From the NCBI GenBank assembly GCA_900320565.1, contig ONSR01000004.1:9647-73646 (forward strand): DNA of 64,000 nt. The letters are read 5' to 3'. Both the position numbers and the translations under genes were made by a program. Of this stretch, positions 58,911 to 64,000 are shown in pieces. Below the pieces are notes generated by a model that did no database searches, was not told the DNA's origin, and was given only the letters and a program-made list of their open reading frames with translations. The stretch is from an uncultured Prevotellaceae bacterium (GTDB lineage Bacteria > Bacteroidota > Bacteroidia > Bacteroidales > Bacteroidaceae). Numbering within the stretch: position 1 is the stretch's first letter; every line of letters starts with the position of its first letter.

Positions 58911-61900
58911 ATTGACCATTGACCATTGACCATTTACTATTGAGGTCGCTGATGCCAGTCTCATCGTCACCGAAGATGATATTGAAGGCTTTGACGCTGG
59001 AAGACTCTTCGATATGGCTGCGGAAGCCAGTCACATTCTCGCCTGTGTAAGGTTTGAAGGCAGGACCACTCTGCAGGGTATATACATTTGCTGCGATGCT
59101 TGTCCTGGCCTTTGTAGCCACACTGCCCACGAGGTCGCTCGTGTAATCAGCCTCATTGCTCTCGACGGTGAAGTCGTAAGTGCCTTCCGCTGCCTCAACA
59201 AGGACGCCTGTGCCTGCCTTCACGGCTTCTACTTCGTCAAAGTGGATGTATGTGTCGTTCAGGGTGGCGGCATAGAGTTTAACTCCTGCAGGAGCCGTCA
59301 GTCCGACGGGGCTGTAGAAGGTGGCCAGGCCAAGGCTCTTGACGGTAACGGGCACGGAGGTGACATCCTCTACAATCCAAGCATAGCCCTGATCGTTGTT
59401 GTAGCCGCTGCCACGGTCGATGGTGCCGTTGCTGTCCCTATGATAGGTGTAGCGGCTATTCGTCTGGATGGTGTATTTGCCCTCGTAGTAGCTGTTAGGC
59501 TCGATGGCTGCCTTGTAGTTGGTGCCAACAGGAGCCAGACCCTTGGCGTTGCCGTCGAGGTACTGTCCTGTCGTGTAAGACACCAGTCCGTCGTTGCTAT
59601 AGAACCAGAGCGTGGATGCCTCGTCGGCAGCTGCCACCTTAACCTCGCCGCTAACGACTGCCAGATAGGCTTCGGACTGCGTGCTCTTGAAGCGGTAGAA
59701 ATGTCCGGGGCGAGGAGTCTTCACTGCCTCGGCCTCTGCCTGCGCCTTGTCGAAGAAGTATTGGTTCAAGGTGATGTCCTTGATGTTGTGCGCCTTCTGA
59801 TAAACAAGGCAATAGCCTGTCGGAAGGTGGGTTTCGTCCTTTGCACTCTCCTCGAAGAGGATGTCCATTGTGCCGTCGCCATTGCCAAGGAGAATGGAGT
59901 ATGCTCCCCAGTTGTGTGTCACGTTCATGCCTTGCGTCCAGCTTGCACCGCCAGCAGTAGAGAAGTCGGCTGTGGTGAAGCCCGTTGCCTTGGGCAGGGC
60001 GATGAAGTAATACTGAATCTCGCGACGCTGCGGGCTGCTGGTCATAGGAGCCGTCTCGACGATGACGGTGTTCTTCTCGCCGTAAGCATCGTAGGCTTCT
60101 ACCATCTCCACGTCACCATTGCAGGACGTGGCGGCAGCATTGTTCCACTGGTTGGTGGGTCCCCACTGGCCTGTAGCCGTGTCGAAGTCGCTATAGTTGA
60201 ATACATTCACATAGCGAGAGGTGCTGCCCTTGCCGACAAGCAGAAGGTCGCCGTCGGGAAGTTCCACTACATGTGCCTCGTCGCCATTGTTGGCAATCTG
60301 GCCGCCAAGCACTTTCCATGTGGCGCCGAAGTCGTCGGAATAGACCACCACGTCGCCGCCGTTCACGTCAACAGCATTGTAGATACGGTTGTACTGGGCG
60401 CCTTCTGCCTTGCGAACAGACTGGATAATTCTGCCACTGGTGAAGAAGGAACGCACGATGCCGCTGCTGCCGTCGGCTGCACGGATGCCTGCATCCACGA
60501 ATGCCTGCATGAGGGCTGGCTGGATGTATTCGTAGTTGCCCCATGTCTCGCCGCCGTCGGTAGAGCGCCAGGCAACACATCCTTGCTGCTGCTGGCTGAC
60601 GTCAGGGTTATAGACAGAGCTCGTCCAGCGGGCATTACCGCCGCAGCAAACCATCAGGACGTCGTTGCCGGAGTTGCCGGGCGTATTGTCTGCCACAGCT
60701 GCAGGGTCGCCGAAGCTCCACTCGATGACGTTTGCTGTGTTCACGCCCCAGTTGCCCTGTGCCACACGGATGGCAGGACTCCATGTCTCGCCGCCGTCGT
60801 CACTGTAGCGACGCTCGATGCTCGTCGGGCCAATGCCCACATCGGTGTTGCCGGGACGGTAGTCGGCAAAGGCAATGATGCGACCGCTCTTTGTGCGGAT
60901 GATGGCAGGCAAACGATAGGCTTCGGTCATGTCTTCGTTGTAGTCGTACCAAAGGTTCAGGCCGTTGCCTGTGGAAGCCGTGTAGTTAGCCACAAGGGTA
61001 GCGCCGTCGGCCACTGAGGTAAGTTCACCGGCCTCAATGCTTGTGCCATAGTCTGTGCCGTCGATTGTGAAGCCCGTGAAGTCGTAGCCGCGATAGCTCG
61101 TAGCAATGGCGGTGAAGGTCATGTCGAGGTATTGCAGTCCCGTCACCTCGGTGTCGGCATAGAGATACTTGTTGAAGGTAGAGCCGTCGCTCAGTGCCAT
61201 AGTAATCTTGCCTGCACGTGTGTTCTCAGCCTCTGTGGCACCAGTCACGTTGACGGAAAGGTTGATGGTCTTCGTGTTGAGCAGGACTTCGATGGTTGCA
61301 ATGACATTGGTGGGGTCGAAGTCAGCTGCAGCGATGATGGCACAGGAGTTGCCTTCGTCTGTTGTCGTCCATGTATCGAATATCGCGCCTGTTGTCTTGC
61401 CTGATGTCGCATTCAGTGTCTTGCCGTTGCCTTGAATCTTGAACAAGCCGTGCGACACGCTGGTCAATGTGATTGCGACGGGAATGTTGCCTAAAGCCGT
61501 ACCGTCGCAGGAGACGAACTTCTCCTCTGCTATGCTCCAGAGGTAATACTTGCCTTCGTAGGAAATGATGGCGAAGTTGTTGACGCTATAAGCGCTGTTC
61601 TTAACCGTATTGGCCAGGCTGCCGTCAACAGTGGTATAAGTGCCGCGCGGGCACTTGATGGTGTAAGCCTTGCTGTTGCTCAACTCGCTGAGAGCCTCCA
61701 CAAGACCTTCCTTCTTATTTATATTAACCTTGATGGTGGTGTTTGCATCAGCAATGGTGCCTTCGGTCGTGATGTCGTAGGCAAAAGTGCTGTAGCCGTT
61801 GGTGAAGTCAGCAGGGATGTTGATGCTGCTGTTAGGCATGACGGTCTCTGTATGGGTCAGACCAGTAGCCACGCCGTTGACGTACTGTTCGTATGTCACA

Positions 61901-62934
61901 TCAATGGTGACAGTAGGAACCTCGACGGTCGTCTCATAGACATACCAGACGTTGTTGCCGCTGGTGCCGCTTACTGTGCCGCTGCCCCAGAAGGCGAGAC
62001 CATAGCCTGCACCGTTGTTATCGACGATGCTGCCGCTGGTGCTGTTCAGGTTCCAACCGAAGTAGCTACCGCTGCCGCCGTTGCTGTTATAGAAGGCGTA
62101 TGTGCCGGCGCTACCCTTGGAGGCAGTAGTCTTCAAGCTACCGTCAATCCAGACTCCGTTGGCAAACTGCATGTTGTACAGTCCTTCGCCTGCGCTGAAG
62201 AAGCGGACGAGGTAGGCAGCATTGTTCTTCGCATTTGTCTCGTTGAGAGAAGCTGGGGTGACAGTTGCTGCTGCACGCATCACGGTGTTGCCTGCACCTG
62301 CGTCGTACATGGGAGACTCGCCATTACGCACCTGCGTCACGATGTACCACTTGGTGTTGTCTGCCACATCGGTAACGGCGCTGATGCTCGACACCTTTTC
62401 ACCGACAGTGAGGAAGGCGTCGTCGGCAATGACTGGCTTCCACTGGGCGAACGCAGGGTCTTCGGTCAGTGTGATGGTGAATGAAGAGATGGCAATGCCG
62501 CTGTTGGGCGTGCTCTGCTGGAACGAAGTACTTGCTGTAGAGAGTCCCGAGACGGTGAGTGTCGTTGTTCCGCTTGTGGCGAACGATGTGGCCGTGCCGC
62601 CTGCAGCGGGCGTCAACGTCTGAGCTCCGCTCTGAGCAGTACCGGTGATGGTGTAGCCGGTGATGAGATAACCAGCCTGTGCCGTGAGGGTGTAGGTACA
62701 GCCCGAAGCACCGGAATAGATGTAGCCGGTAGAGACGGCGATGTTGTTTGCACCCACGGAGAGCGTCACTTGCGGGTCTGTTGCAGTGGACACCCACTTG
62801 CTTGCCCATGTGCCTGCTCCGTTGGTTGCCGTGTACGAACCTGTGCTCTTGCTGTAGGTCACAGTGTACTCCGTTGCCCACACACTAATGGTGCCAAGCA
62901 AGGCGGTGAGTAATAGGATAAGATTTTGTTTCAT
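58828..62934 (-). CDS. Asp-box (BNR) sialidase-like exo-glycosidase, 1368 aa, with T9SS C-terminal sorting domain
   Basis: Signal peptide. YRLPAIIRT (RIP-like). Asp boxes SDDGGETW, STDGGETW, SDDFGATW. Tail IYNLAGQRMNKMQKGVNIINGKKILK. Confidence 0.65.
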   Translation of the reverse strand: MKQNLILLLTALLGTISVWATEYTVTYSKSTGSYTATNGAGTWASKWVSTATDPQVTLSVGANNIAVSTGYIYSGASGCTYTLTAQAGYLITGYTITGTAQSGAQTLTPAAGGTATSFATSGTTTLTVSGLSTASTSFQQSTPNSGIAISSFTITLTEDPAFAQWKPVIADDAFLTVGEKVSSISAVTDVADNTKWYIVTQVRNGESPMYDAGAGNTVMRAAATVTPASLNETNAKNNAAYLVRFFSAGEGLYNMQFANGVWIDGSLKTTASKGSAGTYAFYNSNGGSGSYFGWNLNSTSGSIVDNNGAGYGLAFWGSGTVSGTSGNNVWYVYETTVEVPTVTIDVTYEQYVNGVATGLTHTETVMPNSSINIPADFTNGYSTFAYDITTEGTIADANTTIKVNINKKEGLVEALSELSNSKAYTIKCPRGTYTTVDGSLANTVKNSAYSVNNFAIISYEGKYYLWSIAEEKFVSCDGTALGNIPVAITLTSVSHGLFKIQGNGKTLNATSGKTTGAIFDTWTTTDEGNSCAIIAAADFDPTNVIATIEVLLNTKTINLSVNVTGATEAENTRAGKITMALSDGSTFNKYLYADTEVTGLQYLDMTFTAIATSYRGYDFTGFTIDGTDYGTSIEAGELTSVADGATLVANYTASTGNGLNLWYDYNEDMTEAYRLPAIIRTKSGRIIAFADYRPGNTDVGIGPTSIERRYSDDGGETWSPAIRVAQGNWGVNTANVIEWSFGDPAAVADNTPGNSGNDVLMVCCGGNARWTSSVYNPDVSQQQQGCVAWRSTDGGETWGNYEYIQPALMQAFVDAGIRAADGSSGIVRSFFTSGRIIQSVRKAEGAQYNRIYNAVDVNGGDVVVYSDDFGATWKVLGGQIANNGDEAHVVELPDGDLLLVGKGSTSRYVNVFNYSDFDTATGQWGPTNQWNNAAATSCNGDVEMVEAYDAYGEKNTVIVETAPMTSSPQRREIQYYFIALPKATGFTTADFSTAGGASWTQGMNVTHNWGAYSILLGNGDGTMDILFEESAKDETHLPTGYCLVYQKAHNIKDITLNQYFFDKAQAEAEAVKTPRPGHFYRFKSTQSEAYLAVVSGEVKVAAADEASTLWFYSNDGLVSYTTGQYLDGNAKGLAPVGTNYKAAIEPNSYYEGKYTIQTNSRYTYHRDSNGTIDRGSGYNNDQGYAWIVEDVTSVPVTVKSLGLATFYSPVGLTAPAGVKLYAATLNDTYIHFDEVEAVKAGTGVLVEAAEGTYDFTVESNEADYTSDLVGSVATKARTSIAANVYTLQSGPAFKPYTGENVTGFRSHIEESSSVKAFNIIFGDDETGISDLNSKWSMVNGQSIYNLAGQRMNKMQKGVNIINGKKILK
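58911..58934. repeat. (attgacc)x3.4 heptamer tract inside the T9SS tail-coding region of the sialidase-like gene
   Basis: attgacc attgacc attgacc attt, read on the minus strand as KWSMVNGQS. Confidence 0.9.
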
Positions 62935-63038
62935 GTTGGTTTATATTTGTTCTTTATAATATATATAATAATGTATTGAGAGCAAAGGGAGGTGCCTGCA
63001 TAGGCATCTCCCTAATACTATCGCTCTAGCGGCAATGT

Positions 63039-63218
63039 TTACCACTCATTGTCCCAAACATTCTTGTCGGTGATAGATGTGTTTTCTTCCTTGACCCAGC
63101 CGCCACTGGTGCCAGAGGCTGTTTCTCCTGTCAAATCTACAGGAATGGATTCAGCGAGCATCTGAATGCCGCGCAACTCAACGAGTATGAACTCGGGGGA
63201 AATATATGTCTTTTTCAT
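63039..63218 (-). CDS. small ORF (59 aa), paralog of 58668..58826; not in ORF track
   Basis: My translation: MKKTYISPEFILVELRGIQMLAESIPVDLTGETASGTSGGWVKEENTSITDKNVWDNEW*. The ATG lies 1 nt after the upstream stop. Confidence 0.45.
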   Translation of the reverse strand: MKKTYISPEFILVELRGIQMLAESIPVDLTGETASGTSGGWVKEENTSITDKNVWDNEW

Positions 63219-63302
63219 GTTACTTGAGAATCTTTTTGCCGTTAATAATGTTGATACCTTTCTGCATCTTGTTCATGCGCTGACCAGCGACATTATAGAT
63301 AG
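63199..63302. repeat. partner copy of 58807..58910
   Basis: gaaatatatgtctttttcat(g/c)ttacttgag(a/t)atctttttgccgttaat... is shared. Confidence 0.8.
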
Positions 63303-64000
63303 CACCCTCTGTTGTCTGTTGTCCATTGTCAATAGTCTGAATAGAGGTTGCATCATCCTCGAAGTCGAGAGCAAAGCCCTTGACACCACTGTTGTTGAGC
63401 TTCGATGCTTCAAGGTAAGCACGATTAGCCTTCAACGTTGTACCATCCCAGAGATAAAAACCAACTTTGTCGTTAGCTTTACCTAAGAAGTAATCTGTTT
63501 CTGCAGTAACTGTTTTTTCTAAATATGTGCCAGTGAGAGCAGTTGTTGTTAGCGGTGAAGTTACATATGCAGCATTGCTGGCAATAGTAGCAACAACTGT
63601 TCCTTCCGTATGACGCAAGAAAATAGGCGTGCCTGCGGGAACAACGCTCATGGCATCGCTCATTGTCAATCCGTTCTTGGCTCCGTTCAGTGTTAGTGTA
63701 TAAGCGCAAGCTGTCGAAAGAGTTACGTCATAGGGTAAGCATGCGGTAGCATAATAGTAACCGTCACCACCATCATTAAGGGTAATTGTTACAGACTCGG
63801 CAACTTCAAATTTCCAGTTTGCGTCTGGTGTATCAGATGTCCAAGCACTGACTTCACCATTATATACAGTATAGTACGAACCGTTGTCAGCAGAACTCGT
63901 ACGAATCATAGCGTATCCTGGATATTGAACTTCTAACGTAAAATAAGATGCCGGAGATGCATCTGCGAGTGATACAGCACGTCCTCCAGCAGCCACTTGA
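63220..64000 (-). CDS. T9SS-sorted surface protein, C-terminal fragment (5' end outside window)
   Basis: Frame is open to the window edge. The C-terminal 170 aa are collinear with the end of the 1368-aa protein. Tail IYNVAGQRMNKMQKGINIINGKKILK. Confidence 0.7.
   Translation of the reverse strand, partial: QVAAGGRAVSLADASPASYFTLEVQYPGYAMIRTSSADNGSYYTVYNGEVSAWTSDTPDANWKFEVAESVTITLNDGGDGYYYATACLPYDVTLSTACAYTLTLNGAKNGLTMSDAMSVVPAGTPIFLRHTEGTVVATIASNAAYVTSPLTTTALTGTYLEKTVTAETDYFLGKANDKVGFYLWDGTTLKANRAYLEASKLNNSGVKGFALDFEDDATSIQTIDNGQQTTEGAIYNVAGQRMNKMQKGINIINGKKILK

Overview
This 64 kb window looks like a chromosomal segment of a Bacteroidota genome, probably Prevotellaceae. That placement is an inference from TAnnTTTG promoter boxes in front of most transcription units, several T9SS C-terminal sorting domains, an S46 peptidase, a DUF2723 protein and many glycoside hydrolases. 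I call 51 protein-coding genes, two of them cut by the window edges and two of them small ORFs absent from the ORF track, plus one tRNA-Val(TAC).

Gene content:
- Most genes are housekeeping: DEAD-box helicase, upp, pckA, rsmD, rfbD-rfbC-rfbB, alaS, queG, a dapB-lepB-wbqC-rluA-PHP operon, dprA, greA and queA.
- There are two glycan-degradation blocks. One is a tandem pair of GH115 paralogs. The other is a minus-strand run of GH76, GH92, DUF1080, a TAT-signal Gfo/Idh/MocA oxidoreductase, a 1368-aa Asp-box sialidase-like protein and a further surface protein. Their cargo carries T9SS tails, and no SusC/SusD pair is visible.
- I found no rRNA, CRISPR array, integrase, transposase or prophage.

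The most unusual feature is a dense population of short modular repeats, built from three module types:
- arms made of heptanucleotide tandem repeats (aatggtc, aattcat, taaactc, aattcaa, gaatgaa, aaatcgt, gcaaggg, aaaaatt);
- a CCCCCTTAAAGGGGG-type palindromic module;
- tandem arrays with an exact 22-bp phase (GCACGT, TACATGTA/TGCAATTGCA, CCCCTATAGGGG and CAGTACCACC families), plus 10-bp CCTAGG arrays.

These modules pair into hairpin-capable mosaic elements. They sit between genes, supply stop and start codons, flank promoters, and are inserted in frame in alaS, queA (three sites), rfbD, an RluA-family synthase, a RecD-like helicase and the sorting tail of the sialidase-like protein. In the coding copies, the repeat units that would read as in-frame stop codons are exactly the ones that carry substitutions.

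One palindromic element has a DUF559 (Vsr-like endonuclease) gene between its arms, inserted between rfbC and rfbB. A gene-less copy with an identical 32-nt arm sits inside the rluA-family gene.

Other points worth a second look:
- two unlisted paralogous small ORFs (MKKTYISP...) lying 1 nt after two T9SS-cargo genes;
- a 44-bp tandem duplication that frameshifts the end of a DUF2027 gene;
- a probable 3' frameshift in GH92;
- a QueG homolog missing most canonical Fe-S cysteines;
- an AT-rich accessory block at the left edge.

All family assignments come from motif recognition by eye. No searches were run.
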